From: Nanobdellota archaeon
Lineage (GTDB): Archaea; Nanobdellota; Nanobdellia; Pacearchaeales; GW2011-AR1
Assembly: GCA_038046005.1 (NCBI GenBank)
Contig: JBBSXB010000003.1
Span: 1 to 64,000 of the forward strand
DNA: 64,000 nt
Direction: 5' to 3'
Each line of letters opens with the position of its first letter. The stretch's first letter is position 1. Of this stretch, positions 8,501 through 18,557 are shown in pieces. A program made the translations under genes and the position numbers. The notes under the pieces are model-generated. The model was not told where the DNA came from. It was given only the letters and a program-made list of their open reading frames with translations, and did no database searches.

Positions 8501-9784
8501 TTACCAATTCCTTTGAACTAATTCACTTAATTCATCTCTTAATTTTGTAATTTTTACTCTTTCCTGAGAGTCAACTATTCTACTCTTTTTCACTGGGCTT
8601 AAACTAAACGATAGGTAAGGCTTTCCTTCACCTTTTAATTTCATGAATAATTTGTTATCTTTTGTTCTTGATATATCCGGCCTATAATTTTCCTCTTGTC
8701 CAACTCCAAAATCTAAATTTAATTCCATATTATCTAATTTTATTTGAGAAACTTTATCTGATTTTAATTCTCCAGCTACGACTTTTGCTAAAATGTTAAC
8801 CTGCTCCGGCACTAGTATTCCATTTTGCATTATTTTTTCTATGTTTACTCCCATCCAACCAGGAGCTAGGTCTGTTAATTTGTAAGTTGAACCAACTCTT
8901 ACAAGCCCTCTTTCTCTTTCTAAAATTTTAGCTAATTCTCTCTCTGGCTCATCTCCAACATAAGCGGCCGATAATTCCAAAAGATACTTGTCATTAACTT
9001 TTTCAACTCCAACGCTTGTTTTGAAAAAAGCACTACCCATACCATCGTAATCAAAGTGTCGGCTATATTTTCCCTTAGAATCTAATATTTCTTGAACCAA
9101 TCCTTTGACAATTCTACCATTTGCACGTGCCATTAATTCACCTAATGAGATTAATTTGCCTTCTGTAGTGTTTTTAAAGATAGATGGATCGTCTACTCCA
9201 GCGTTTTTATGTGCTGCTCCCCACATATCTGAATAAAGTCTATCTATCGTTGCTGTAGAAGAATTTATAATTCCCATGTCATACATAATCAAAGCCGCTG
9301 CAAGGTTTTCTAATTTTTCAAAAATAATGCCTCTTTCATATTGCGTTTTCTCGGATGAGACAATCTTAGATAAATCAGATGAGTCTCTAAATGCTTCAGG
9401 AATTTTCATTTTTGTATAATAATCAAGCAGTTCTTCAATAGCTACTTTACTATCAATATTTTTATCATTTCTTGTAAATGATTTTCCATCATAATTTATT
9501 CCTAAATATTTTCCAGATGATTGAATCATTTCTTTTAATGGAACTGCAGTTTTTCCTATTTCAACTCCGCAAAAATTAGCCGTGTCAGTATTTAAAGTTG
9601 AAATTGTCATCCACCCCTCACTATCATGTTGCCCTGGCCTTTTACCAGAATTCCCAATTGGATAAACCATGGAGCCCCTTTCATAATTCTTTCCAAAATC
9701 GCATCCTTTAACCATAATCAAAGGATTTTCTAAATCAACAGGACATTTACTTCCGTCAAACCTTTTCAAACAAAATTCTTCCAT
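8501..9784 (-). CDS. Hypothetical protein
   Basis: 427 aa ORF between two tRNAs, no recognised motif. Confidence 0.75.
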   Translation of the reverse strand: MEEFCLKRFDGSKCPVDLENPLIMVKGCDFGKNYERGSMVYPIGNSGKRPGQHDSEGWMTISTLNTDTANFCGVEIGKTAVPLKEMIQSSGKYLGINYDGKSFTRNDKNIDSKVAIEELLDYYTKMKIPEAFRDSSDLSKIVSSEKTQYERGIIFEKLENLAAALIMYDMGIINSSTATIDRLYSDMWGAAHKNAGVDDPSIFKNTTEGKLISLGELMARANGRIVKGLVQEILDSKGKYSRHFDYDGMGSAFFKTSVGVEKVNDKYLLELSAAYVGDEPERELAKILERERGLVRVGSTYKLTDLAPGWMGVNIEKIMQNGILVPEQVNILAKVVAGELKSDKVSQIKLDNMELNLDFGVGQEENYRPDISRTKDNKLFMKLKGEGKPYLSFSLSPVKKSRIVDSQERVKITKLRDELSELVQRNW

Positions 9785-9850
9785 GGAAGATTACTAAATT
9801 TACTATTCTTAAACTTTTCCGTTTGTTATTATTTTATAGTTAAGAAAAAA

Positions 9851-9969
9851 TAGCGGGGGTGGGATTTGAACCACACGACCTCCGGGTTTCCTATGCGAAT
9901 AGCGTAGGAATGAGAATCCTAAGATTCGCTTATGGGCCCGGCGAGCACTCCAGGCTGCTCCACCCCGCT
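9851..9969 (-). tRNA. Initiator tRNA-Met(CAT) with a 43-nt intron at 37/38 (intron 9888-9930)
   Basis: A1-U72 pair (AGCGGGG/CCCCGCT); three G-C pairs in anticodon stem CCGGG/CCCGG; CAT anticodon; TTCAAAT T-loop. Confidence 0.9.
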
Positions 9970-10066
9970 GTACATGATTCTGAGATTTTGGACTCTTTTA
10001 AACTTAACTAAATATACCTTCAAAAAACACAAATCTTTTTTAACTATTTTTGCACTTCTGTTTTTT

Positions 10067-11068
10067 ATGGATGAAAGATATAAGTTTGTAAGAGGCCAGC
10101 CATTTGACGGTCTTGAAGATTATGCTTCTGCACCTATAATAAAGATGAAAAACAAGTCATTGACTTATCCAATCATTCAAAGAGAGAAACAAACATCTTT
10201 TCACGGCTTTTATGACCAAAGGCAATTGAATGAAAATCTGGGCTTTTTCTTTGAATTAATTGCACAGGGTATTTACGGAGGCCAGTTAATAAATAAAGAT
10301 TTTGTAAGCCCACAGCTTGGTCTGTTTAGTGGTAGAGAGGAAATTATCCAACCAGGTTTGATTGTTAAAGAAGGGTATTACAAGGAAGTAAAAAGTTGCA
10401 GAAATGGTAGCGCGTTGAAACTTTTAGTTTTTCAAATGAACAAGTATAGATCTTTCTTACGGTTAAAAACAACTCCTTATTCTGCTCCAGATTTCGAGTT
10501 TGAAATTTTTAGACACGGAATAAAAGATTTAGATGAAAATTTTAAAACAAAATCTCTGGAAGATCTAGTTAAGGCAATTTGTCCAAAAATTAAATCAAGC
10601 GTCTCTCTCCCTGCAAGAGTTATTTATACATTGTACTTTCACGGAAATAATGGTGGAAATCCTTACACTTCTAAATACTCTGGAGAGAAATGGGAGCCAG
10701 CAGTCAACTTCAAATCAACCGGACAAAATATCCTTCTAGCATATCCTCTTGAATTTTTAGAACAGTTAGGTTTAGATACAAATGATTTTGAAATAACAAG
10801 ATATAGATTTCCAACTGACGTTACAATGAACGGCACTCGTATTCCTTCAATCCCCATGTTAAGGATCGAAGATAAGAAACATCATGCATGGCTTCCAGAG
10901 TTTAATGAAAACACCAGATTAGAAGAAATGTCTCTCTCTTACTCTGGCAATCTTGATCCAGAAGGAGGCTCTTCTCTGGAAATAAGACACGGAGATATAA
11001 GTTTCGATCCTGAAGAGCTTGATAACCAACCAATTTCAAAACACGATGATGACGACCTTCCTTTCTAA
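10067..11068 (+). CDS. Hypothetical protein, possibly degenerate PD-(D/E)XK fold, acidic DDDDLPF tail
   Basis: Start moved from 9932 (inside the tRNA) to MDERYK; E...QPGL...EVKS motif. Confidence 0.65.
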   Translation: MDERYKFVRGQPFDGLEDYASAPIIKMKNKSLTYPIIQREKQTSFHGFYDQRQLNENLGFFFELIAQGIYGGQLINKDFVSPQLGLFSGREEIIQPGLIVKEGYYKEVKSCRNGSALKLLVFQMNKYRSFLRLKTTPYSAPDFEFEIFRHGIKDLDENFKTKSLEDLVKAICPKIKSSVSLPARVIYTLYFHGNNGGNPYTSKYSGEKWEPAVNFKSTGQNILLAYPLEFLEQLGLDTNDFEITRYRFPTDVTMNGTRIPSIPMLRIEDKKHHAWLPEFNENTRLEEMSLSYSGNLDPEGGSSLEIRHGDISFDPEELDNQPISKHDDDDLPF

Positions 11069-11100
11069 AACTTTAATAACCAATAAACCTTTTTCAGCAT

Positions 11101-12291
11101 ATGTTAAAGAGGCCTGTAGCTTTTGGAAAAAGAGAGCCGATAAAAAAATTAGGCTTTGTCATTTTCTTTTTGACAATAGCATTTGCTTTAACAAGCAGCG
11201 TCATGGCTTTGTACATAAACTCATTTGTGCACAGCGAAGCAAAAGTAGGATTGACATTTTCTTTTTTCATAGCCTTGTCTTTTCTCTCTTTCTTTCTGAT
11301 AATCCCTTTGATTGAATCTTCCGATAAATATAAACTGACTATAAAATCACTTATCTTTTCAGTGATAGGTTATTTTTTATATTATTTTGTAGGAAATTTT
11401 TATGTGTTTTTGGTTTTAGCATCTGTAATTTCAATAATCTCAACAGTAAGAATATCTGCTATAGGTTTGCTCGTCAGAGAAAACTCAAAAAGAAAAACCC
11501 TTTCAAAAAATGAGGGATACATCTATTCTCTTTCAAATCTCTCTTTCACAATCGGCTCTTTACTGATTATTCCACTGATTTTTTATTTTGGCTTAAGGTC
11601 TGTTTTCTTGGCAGCATCTTTCATAATACTGCTTTCAATGCTTCTAATTCATTTTTCAAAAATTAGCCACGGTAGAAAAAAAGAAAGAGTTGATGGAAAT
11701 GTTTTCAAAAACTTTGTCGCTTTTTTTAAGGACAAAGAAAGAGTCAAGTCATACATTTTAAGATCTGGTGTGACATTTTGGTGGTCCTTGTCTTATGTTT
11801 ATCTTCCTTTACTTATAATAAAACACCTTCCAGAATTTTGGGTTGGAATATTTCTCTCAGCAATAACAGTCCCTCTGATTTTTTTAGAATATCCATTCGG
11901 GAAAATGGCCGGAAAAATTGGCTACAAGAAATTTTTCTTTATAGGATTTTTAATTCCAGCAATAATGTCTTTACTTTCTTTTGTTTTTTACCAGAACATA
12001 TTCTTTATAATGGGTTCAGTTGTTTTCGCGAGCATAGGCCTGGCTATGTTAGAATCAAATACAGAATCATACTTCTTCGATATAGCTAAGGGAAAAGAAC
12101 ATCTAAGATTTTATTCAGCTCACAACACTTCACTAGAAATAGGTCATCTTGCCGGGCAATTCATACCTGCCCTAGTCCTATTATTTCTGCCCTCAAAATT
12201 TGTCTTTCTGGTCTTTGGGCTTGGGACTTTGTTGCTCTCTATCTTAGCTCTTAGTATAAAAAATATAAAAGAATCAAAAAGAAAATCCTAA
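11101..12291 (+). CDS. MFS transporter
   Basis: 396 aa, about 12 TM, GKMAGKIGYKK motif-A-like loop. Confidence 0.85.
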   Translation: MLKRPVAFGKREPIKKLGFVIFFLTIAFALTSSVMALYINSFVHSEAKVGLTFSFFIALSFLSFFLIIPLIESSDKYKLTIKSLIFSVIGYFLYYFVGNFYVFLVLASVISIISTVRISAIGLLVRENSKRKTLSKNEGYIYSLSNLSFTIGSLLIIPLIFYFGLRSVFLAASFIILLSMLLIHFSKISHGRKKERVDGNVFKNFVAFFKDKERVKSYILRSGVTFWWSLSYVYLPLLIIKHLPEFWVGIFLSAITVPLIFLEYPFGKMAGKIGYKKFFFIGFLIPAIMSLLSFVFYQNIFFIMGSVVFASIGLAMLESNTESYFFDIAKGKEHLRFYSAHNTSLEIGHLAGQFIPALVLLFLPSKFVFLVFGLGTLLLSILALSIKNIKESKRKS

Positions 12292-12305
12292 TCTAATCAG
12301 AACTA

Positions 12306-12506
12306 TTAGAATTTCTTATGTTTTTGGTAGCAGTCTTTGCAATAAACTGGCTTTCCTTCTGTTGGTTTGAAAGGAACTTCACAATCTTGCTTACATTCAG
12401 AGCAAACAGCTTTGTGCATTTCTCTTGGTCCAAAACTACCGCTAAATCCGCCACTTCTGTTACCGCCGCCGAATCTTCCCTTGCTTCTATTATCAAATCT
12501 ATCCAT
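12306..12506 (-). CDS. CxxC-x17-CxxC domain protein with Gly/Arg/Phe-rich N-terminus
   Basis: REMHKAVCSECKQDCEVPFKPTEGKPVYCKDCY. Confidence 0.92.
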   Translation of the reverse strand: MDRFDNRSKGRFGGGNRSGGFSGSFGPREMHKAVCSECKQDCEVPFKPTEGKPVYCKDCYQKHKKF

Positions 12507-12635
12507 TTTTATAACTCCTGTTGTTTTATTTGTTTAAGAACTAGTCTTAAAGTTAAGACACAAAAATATCTTGGGTTTAAAAATGTTTGTAGGCAGGATT
12601 TTCAGTGAAAAACTAACTTTTAATCTTTGTTTCCC

Positions 12636-13553
12636 CTAAATATTTGATTGGATAGGCATCTCTCTCAATTTCTTGTTTTTCAGATACTTGGACAGTAAAA
12701 ATATCCCTATTATCCCAAACAATCCTAAAGTCAGATAAACAGCAACTTTTACTGTTCTGGTTGTGCTATCTTCTGCGCTTATGGCTTCTTGAGTGCTGCT
12801 GTTTGTTCCAGTCGTATTTTCAGACGAATTGACACTGGAATTTGAACTGTTACCACTTGATGCGTTTAATGTTTGATTATTGACTGAAGTATTTGTCGTG
12901 TTGACTATACTTGATGTTTCGACAGGCGCATCTGCCACAAAATTTATTCCTGCACTTGCATTAAGGCATTTGCTGATGTCAATGATAGCGCTGCCCTGCG
13001 ATGCTGAAAACAGCTGCAAAACGAATTTTTGGTTATTAAAAGTTATAATGGTGCTATTAGAATTTGGCAAATTAAGTTCATTTTTTCCAACCATGACTTT
13101 CACACTTCCAGTTCCAGGATAATTTCCGCTAGATGTTGCAAGAAAAACCTTGTAACCTCCTATGGTCTCTGTATCCCCGACATAAACGTTTTTTGTTTCT
13201 GAATTTATCCGGATGCCTGCAAGATTAGATGTTAAATTTGCCAGGCTGACATTGTATTTTGTCAAATCAACCAACTCCCCCTCGACTGTGCTATTGTCTG
13301 TAAGCGTAAAACTCTTTGAGTCTAAAAGCAATCTTGCTTCCATCTGTTTTATCACAGGCGTTTCTATACCTCTTGTTAATCCCGCATAAACACCATTCAA
13401 ATTCCTGCTTTTCCAAAGGTCTATTTCCTCCCTGCTTTTTAAAAGACTGCTGCCGTCAGAACAAACATACGAAGCTGAAACGAAACTTACAGTAAATATC
13501 AAAATTATTGTAATCACATAAATACTCTTTTTCATGTCAGGATTAGCAAACAT
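12636..13553 (-). CDS. Surface protein with signal peptide, Asn/Ser/Thr-rich stalk and C-terminal TM anchor
   Basis: Hydrophobic N-terminus, many N-x-S/T sequons, C-terminal TM plus basic tail. Confidence 0.75.
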   Translation of the reverse strand: MFANPDMKKSIYVITIILIFTVSFVSASYVCSDGSSLLKSREEIDLWKSRNLNGVYAGLTRGIETPVIKQMEARLLLDSKSFTLTDNSTVEGELVDLTKYNVSLANLTSNLAGIRINSETKNVYVGDTETIGGYKVFLATSSGNYPGTGSVKVMVGKNELNLPNSNSTIITFNNQKFVLQLFSASQGSAIIDISKCLNASAGINFVADAPVETSSIVNTTNTSVNNQTLNASSGNSSNSSVNSSENTTGTNSSTQEAISAEDSTTRTVKVAVYLTLGLFGIIGIFLLSKYLKNKKLREMPIQSNI

Positions 13554-13583
13554 AGGTTAAAAAATGTGACGATTAAATAGAAA

Positions 13584-13664
13584 CGCCTACTCCAGGAGTC
13601 GAACCTGGGCACCCCGAAGGGTCGGCCTTTCCAGGGCCGTGCAATACCGTTATGCGAAGTAGGC
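13584..13664 (-). tRNA. tRNA-Ser(GGA), no intron
   Basis: GCCTACT/AGTAGGC+G acceptor; CGGCC-CTGGAAA-GGCCG anticodon arm; long variable arm; TTCGACT T-loop. Confidence 0.95.
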
Positions 13665-13761
13665 ATGATTTAACTTTTATAAATTCAATCTTTTTAAAGT
13701 TATTTTAATACATTTCCCAGAGACTAATTAAGTTTAAAAACGAAAAGCATTTTTCCCCTTT

Positions 13762-14433
13762 ATGTTAACATTAGGAATTGATGACGCAGGTCGGGGTCCA
13801 GTCATAGGTCCAATGGTTCTTGCGGGTTGTTTGATTAATGATGAGGCGACAAAAGAATTCAAGAAATTAGGCGTTAAAGACAGCAAGCAATTGACACAGA
13901 AAAGAAGAGAAATTTTAGTTCAAACAATAAAAGAAAAAGCAGAGACCTTTGAGGTCGTTGTCGTCAACCCTGAGCAGATTGACGGAACAGAGGAGACGCG
14001 GATAAAACTGAATGAATTGGAAGCAATTGCGTGTGCAGAGATAATCAACAGGATAAACAAGGGATTTTCAAAAATAAAAGTCATTGTTGATTGTCCTTCG
14101 ACCAACATAACGAAATGGACAGACTTTCTGAAATCTAAAATAAACAACCTTTCAAACTTGGAAATTTCTTGTGAGCACAAAGCAGACATAAACCATATTT
14201 CAGTTTCAGCAGCGTCTATAATAGCTAAGTCTTTAAGAGAAAAAGAAATGGATGATATAAAGAAAAAATATGGGGATAAAGTCGGTTCCGGATATTCTTC
14301 AGATCCTCTGACTAAAAAATTTATTGAAAATCATGGCCGAGAATTTAAAGATCATGGAATAATAAGGAAAAGCTGGGCGACATGGAAAAATTCAATGGCT
14401 TTTAAAGAACAAAAAAAGTTGAATGAGTTTTAA
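13762..14433 (+). CDS. rnhB: Ribonuclease HII
   Basis: GIDDAGRGPVIGP, GVKDSKQL, EHKAD, VSAASIIAK, GSGY.SDP. Confidence 0.95.
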   Translation: MLTLGIDDAGRGPVIGPMVLAGCLINDEATKEFKKLGVKDSKQLTQKRREILVQTIKEKAETFEVVVVNPEQIDGTEETRIKLNELEAIACAEIINRINKGFSKIKVIVDCPSTNITKWTDFLKSKINNLSNLEISCEHKADINHISVSAASIIAKSLREKEMDDIKKKYGDKVGSGYSSDPLTKKFIENHGREFKDHGIIRKSWATWKNSMAFKEQKKLNEF

Positions 14434-14503
14434 TTTGCTGGCTTTGCAAACTCAAAAAACCTTTAAAAATAATGGTTATTTCTTCTTATCATACTTATTT
14501 CAA

Positions 14504-17368
14504 ATGGCTTACATAAAAAGATTGGTGATGTATGGATTCAAGAGTTTTCCAAGAAAAACAGAAATCCCATTTACTCAGGGAATTAACGTAGTTCTTGGCC
14601 CAAACGGTTCGGGAAAATCAAACATTTCAGACGCTTTGTGTTTTGCCCTTGGAAGGCTGAGCATCAAGTCAATGAGGGCGGAAAAAGCACACAATCTGAT
14701 TTTTTTAGGGACTAAAGTGGCATCTCCGTCTAAAGAAGCAAGTGTAGAAGTGGTATTTGACAACTTAGATGAGACATTTTCTGTAAATTCCAAAGAAATT
14801 TCTATAAAAAGAATTGTAAGAAAAAATGGCCAAAGTATCTATAAAATTAACAACGAAACAAAAACAAGACAGGAAATACTGACTCTTTTGGCCCAAGCAG
14901 GAATTGACCCAAACGGTTTTAACATAATCTTGCAGGGGGAAATTCAAAATTTTGTAAATATGCACGCAGAAGAAAGGCGTAAGGTTATAGAGGAAGTTTC
15001 AGGAATTTCAGTTTACGAGCTGAGAAAAGAAAAATCACTGAAGGAAATGGAGAGAACTGAAGAGAAACTTAAAGAAGTTCAGGCAATTCTTAGAGAAAGA
15101 ACGGCTTATCTCGCCAATCTGGAAAAAGAAAGGCAGCAGGCTTTGAAATTTAAAAAACTTGAAGAAGACATAAAAAAATTCAAAGCAAGCATAATTAATT
15201 CTGATCTTATAAAAAACAATAAGGAAGTTGAAAGAATAATTTCAGAAATTGAAAAGAAAAATAAGGAGCTGGAAAATTTGAGAAAAATTATTTCAAGTTT
15301 AAGGGCTTCAATAGACAACTTTCATTCCAAAATAAATTCAATAAACTCCGAGATACAAAAATCTACAGGTCTTGAGCAGGAAAGATTAAATCAGGAGATT
15401 GCTAACATTCGGGCAGAAATTGCAGGCACTTCGGTCAGAATTGAAAACTACGAAAACAAAATCACTAATATCTCAAAACAAAAACAAGATCTTGAAGACA
15501 ATATAAAAGATAATGAATCCTCAATAAAAAACCTGAGAAAAGAATCAGGATTTGATATTATCAAAGGAAGCCAAAAGGCCTTAGAGGCAAAAAAGCGTGA
15601 GCTTGAAGTTCTTGAAGAGCAGAGAAAAAAATTCTACACTTACAAATCTGAATTTAAGTCTATAAAAGACAGAATTGACGACAAGAAAAATTTATTGCAG
15701 AGTTACTCAACAGAATCTGATTTCCTTCTGAATCAAATGAAATCTTTATCCCATGATCTTTTTGACAGAAATACTGACGACAGTTTGCTTTCATCTTTAA
15801 GAATATCATTTTCTGAGAAAAAAACAATTTTAGAAGATCTTAACAAAAAAGAAAAAGAGTTTGAAAAATCATCATCGACAAAAGAATATGAAATAGAAAA
15901 GCAGGGCTCTCTTGTTTCAAATATTGCAAAAATGGACATATGTCCAATTTGTAAAAGCAAAATAACTAAAGACCACATCCATAGTATAGACAAAGAAGTC
16001 AAGGAAAAAATAGCTCTTCTTAAAAAACAAATTGAAGAAGTTGATAAAGGACTTTCAGAAGTTTACAAGAAAAGAGATTTTGTTATAAAAGACTCAGAAC
16101 AAATATCCATAGAAATATCAAAAAGAGAAACTGATTTGGTTAAGCTTTCTACAATAAATGAAAAAAAGGACCAAATTAAAAACCTTAGGGAAAAAATAGA
16201 AAGTTTGAAGAGTGAGATTGCGGAGTTGGAAAAGATAAAAAAAAGATTAGAGGAGAACATAGAGCAAAATTTAAGCATTGAGCAAAAGTGTGAAACAGCC
16301 AGGGTTGAGTTCCAGGAAATATCAATAAGAAGCGACGAGACAGTTACTTCTGAAATTTCATATAAGCAGAAAGAGTTTGAAAGGGCTAAAATTTCTTTGA
16401 AACAATTGATAAGGGAAGAATCAGAAATCGGGGAAGAACTCGATGTTGTGAAGAAAGATTTGGAAGAAAATGAGGAGCTCCTGGCTAAAAAAAGAAAACA
16501 GGAAGAAGAACTGACAAAAAAATTCGAATCTTTGCTCTCTCAAAGAGATGGGCTGCAGAATAAAATTCGAGACACAGAAGTCGAAATCTCAAGAAAGCAG
16601 AATGATTTACATAACATTGAAATTTCTATAAACGATTTTAAAATAGAAAAAGCTAAATTTGATGCTATGGTTGAAAACCTCGAGACAGAAATGCTTGGAT
16701 TTCCTGATGTTGAAATAATCAAGACCCCCAAAGAGTCTCTCTTGTCAAAATTAAGCAGCGCGCAAGACACTTTGTCTAGTCTTGGAACAGTCAACTTGAG
16801 GTCACTCGAAGTTTATGATTCTGTAAAAAAAGAATATGATACTGTTCAGGAAAAAGTTGACATAATAACAAAAGAAAAAGAGGGCGTATTAAGAATAATC
16901 CATGAGATTGATGTTAAGAAGAAAAAAACTTTCTTGAAGACTATTGACTCATTGAACGAGATTGTTTCCAGAAATTTTTCTCAATTAAGTTCAAAAGGGG
17001 ATGTTTATCTTGAGCTTGAAAACAGGAAGGAGCCGTTTGAAGGTGGAGTCAACATAATTGTCAAAACAGGCCATGGAAAATATTTTGATGTAAAATCTCT
17101 CTCTGGCGGAGAGCAGACTCTTATAGCCTTGTCTTTGATATTTGCTATTCAGGAATACAAGCCTTATTCGTTCTACATTCTTGACGAGATTGATGCTGCC
17201 TTAGACAAGAGAAACTCAGAAAGGCTTGCTGGATTGTTGAACAAGTACATGCAGAAAGGCCAATATATAATTATAACGCACAATGACGAAGTCATATCAA
17301 AAGCCACAACACTCTATGGTGTCAGTATGCATGAGGGAGTTTCCAAGATAGTAAGTCTTAAGTTGTAG
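14504..17368 (+). CDS. smc: SMC-family chromosome ATPase with central CxxC hook
   Basis: GFKSF, GPNGSGKSN, LQG Q-loop, long coiled coils, LG.VNLR, LSGGE, ILDEIDAALD, ITH; CPIC at residue about 480 of 954. Confidence 0.9.
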   Translation: MAYIKRLVMYGFKSFPRKTEIPFTQGINVVLGPNGSGKSNISDALCFALGRLSIKSMRAEKAHNLIFLGTKVASPSKEASVEVVFDNLDETFSVNSKEISIKRIVRKNGQSIYKINNETKTRQEILTLLAQAGIDPNGFNIILQGEIQNFVNMHAEERRKVIEEVSGISVYELRKEKSLKEMERTEEKLKEVQAILRERTAYLANLEKERQQALKFKKLEEDIKKFKASIINSDLIKNNKEVERIISEIEKKNKELENLRKIISSLRASIDNFHSKINSINSEIQKSTGLEQERLNQEIANIRAEIAGTSVRIENYENKITNISKQKQDLEDNIKDNESSIKNLRKESGFDIIKGSQKALEAKKRELEVLEEQRKKFYTYKSEFKSIKDRIDDKKNLLQSYSTESDFLLNQMKSLSHDLFDRNTDDSLLSSLRISFSEKKTILEDLNKKEKEFEKSSSTKEYEIEKQGSLVSNIAKMDICPICKSKITKDHIHSIDKEVKEKIALLKKQIEEVDKGLSEVYKKRDFVIKDSEQISIEISKRETDLVKLSTINEKKDQIKNLREKIESLKSEIAELEKIKKRLEENIEQNLSIEQKCETARVEFQEISIRSDETVTSEISYKQKEFERAKISLKQLIREESEIGEELDVVKKDLEENEELLAKKRKQEEELTKKFESLLSQRDGLQNKIRDTEVEISRKQNDLHNIEISINDFKIEKAKFDAMVENLETEMLGFPDVEIIKTPKESLLSKLSSAQDTLSSLGTVNLRSLEVYDSVKKEYDTVQEKVDIITKEKEGVLRIIHEIDVKKKKTFLKTIDSLNEIVSRNFSQLSSKGDVYLELENRKEPFEGGVNIIVKTGHGKYFDVKSLSGGEQTLIALSLIFAIQEYKPYSFYILDEIDAALDKRNSERLAGLLNKYMQKGQYIIITHNDEVISKATTLYGVSMHEGVSKIVSLKL

Positions 17369-17397
17369 TTCATGACTTCGTAAACTTCGTTTCCGTC

Positions 17398-17441
17398 GTA
17401 TGCATGAAGGTGTAAGCAAAATTGTGAGTTTGAAACTATAG
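17398..17441 (+). repeat. Second, synonymously recoded copy of the smc 3' end (MHEGVSKIVSLKL*)
   Basis: Encodes the same 13 aa and stop as 17325-17368; 10 of 13 codons differ. Confidence 0.92.
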
Positions 17442-17858
17442 ATCACAACATAAAGGATATTTATCAAGTTCAGCACATTTTCCCTTTGCTAAATTTCCAA
17501 AAACTTGACTAACTAATTTTCTTGCTCTTGGAGAAGTTGTAATTTTATCTAATGCACCGTCAAGAGTTTTTTTGAGCTTTGGAATATCATGCGCATTTAT
17601 TACTCTTCCTCTAATCGCATTTATTGTAAAAAATTCCCAGTCTAATTCTTCTAAATCAAACGAGTGTCCTTTTCCCATGCTAAAATTGTAAAATCCTTCT
17701 AGATTATTCAAATATTTTTTGGCAGATTCTATAATATGGGCTTTTCTTATAATGTAGTCTGGTTTTGCATCAGCTAAATCTGCAATAGCAGCATAGAGAA
17801 AGCCAAAGTGATAAATTTCAGATCTTTTTTCTAAAGCCGATACAGTGCAAGCACCCAT
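17436..17858 (-). CDS. Hypothetical protein
   Basis: 140 aa ORF; its stop lies inside the repeat. Confidence 0.6.
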   Translation of the reverse strand: MGACTVSALEKRSEIYHFGFLYAAIADLADAKPDYIIRKAHIIESAKKYLNNLEGFYNFSMGKGHSFDLEELDWEFFTINAIRGRVINAHDIPKLKKTLDGALDKITTSPRARKLVSQVFGNLAKGKCAELDKYPLCCDL

Positions 17859-17917
17859 AAAAAGAATAGTTCATTTGATTTTATAAAAATATGTATCTTT
17901 TATTATAGAAACCTTTA

Positions 17918-17933
17918 TATATCAATTGATATA
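17918..17933. promoter_or_regulatory. Palindromic operator overlapping the TA promoter
   Basis: Perfect 16-bp palindrome TATATCAATTGATATA between the TATA box and the ATG at 17943. Confidence 0.6.
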
Positions 17934-17942
17934 CACTATATT

Positions 17943-18224
17943 ATGGAAACAGAAACATCGAATCCAATTGCGAGAAGCCCAACTTTAGATACTGTGATAA
18001 TGGTGGAGAAAGCAATAGAAAAGTATAGTGGAGATTTTAACAGGACTGAATTATGGAAAAAACTGCCTAAAAAAGTTATGTGGCAGACATACTTAGTTAT
18101 CTTAGATTATTTAGAAAACATAAACAAAATAGGAATTGCTCGAAACGGAATTTTAGTTTATATCTGGAGTCCGGAAGTTGCAAAAAAGTTTATGAACATG
18201 AAAGGTGTTGATTATAAAGATTAG
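17943..18224 (+). CDS. Small winged-helix protein, putative antitoxin
   Basis: PTLDTV.MVE...TELWKKLPKKVMWQT...ILDYLE; sits upstream of a RelE-like gene. Confidence 0.65.
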   Translation: METETSNPIARSPTLDTVIMVEKAIEKYSGDFNRTELWKKLPKKVMWQTYLVILDYLENINKIGIARNGILVYIWSPEVAKKFMNMKGVDYKD

Positions 18225-18226
18225 AA

Positions 18227-18556
18227 ATGGACAAAAAAGTAATTGTTAAATTCAAAAACCCTTTGTTAAAAAAGAATTTCGATGAGCTTTCTGAAGATGA
18301 TCCTTTAAAAAAGAGGATAAGGAGAACAATTGAGGGAATTAAACAAAATCCTTTAAGTTATGGCCAGCCAATAAATAAGAGCAAAATTCCTAAAATTTAC
18401 TTTAACGAAGGTTTTACAAATGCTTTTTGGGTTGATTTAAGCAAGTCTTGGAGGTTAATTTATACTCTCACTTCTACTAGCGAAGTTGAGATATTAGCAA
18501 TTATTTTAGAATGGTTTACAAGTCACAAAGATTATGAAAAAAGATTTAACTACTAA
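18227..18556 (+). CDS. RelE/ParE-superfamily toxin-like protein
   Basis: Basic 109 aa; NP..G..I...IP..Y...W..DL...WRLIYT...H.DYE.RF.Y. Confidence 0.75.
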   Translation: MDKKVIVKFKNPLLKKNFDELSEDDPLKKRIRRTIEGIKQNPLSYGQPINKSKIPKIYFNEGFTNAFWVDLSKSWRLIYTLTSTSEVEILAIILEWFTSHKDYEKRFNY

Positions 18557-18557
18557 A

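Noticed and set aside
9932-10066. N-terminal extension of the 378-aa ORF, and likewise 42707-42742 of the 197-aa ORF
   Set aside because: These extensions overlap tRNA genes or their promoters, so downstream ATGs were used.
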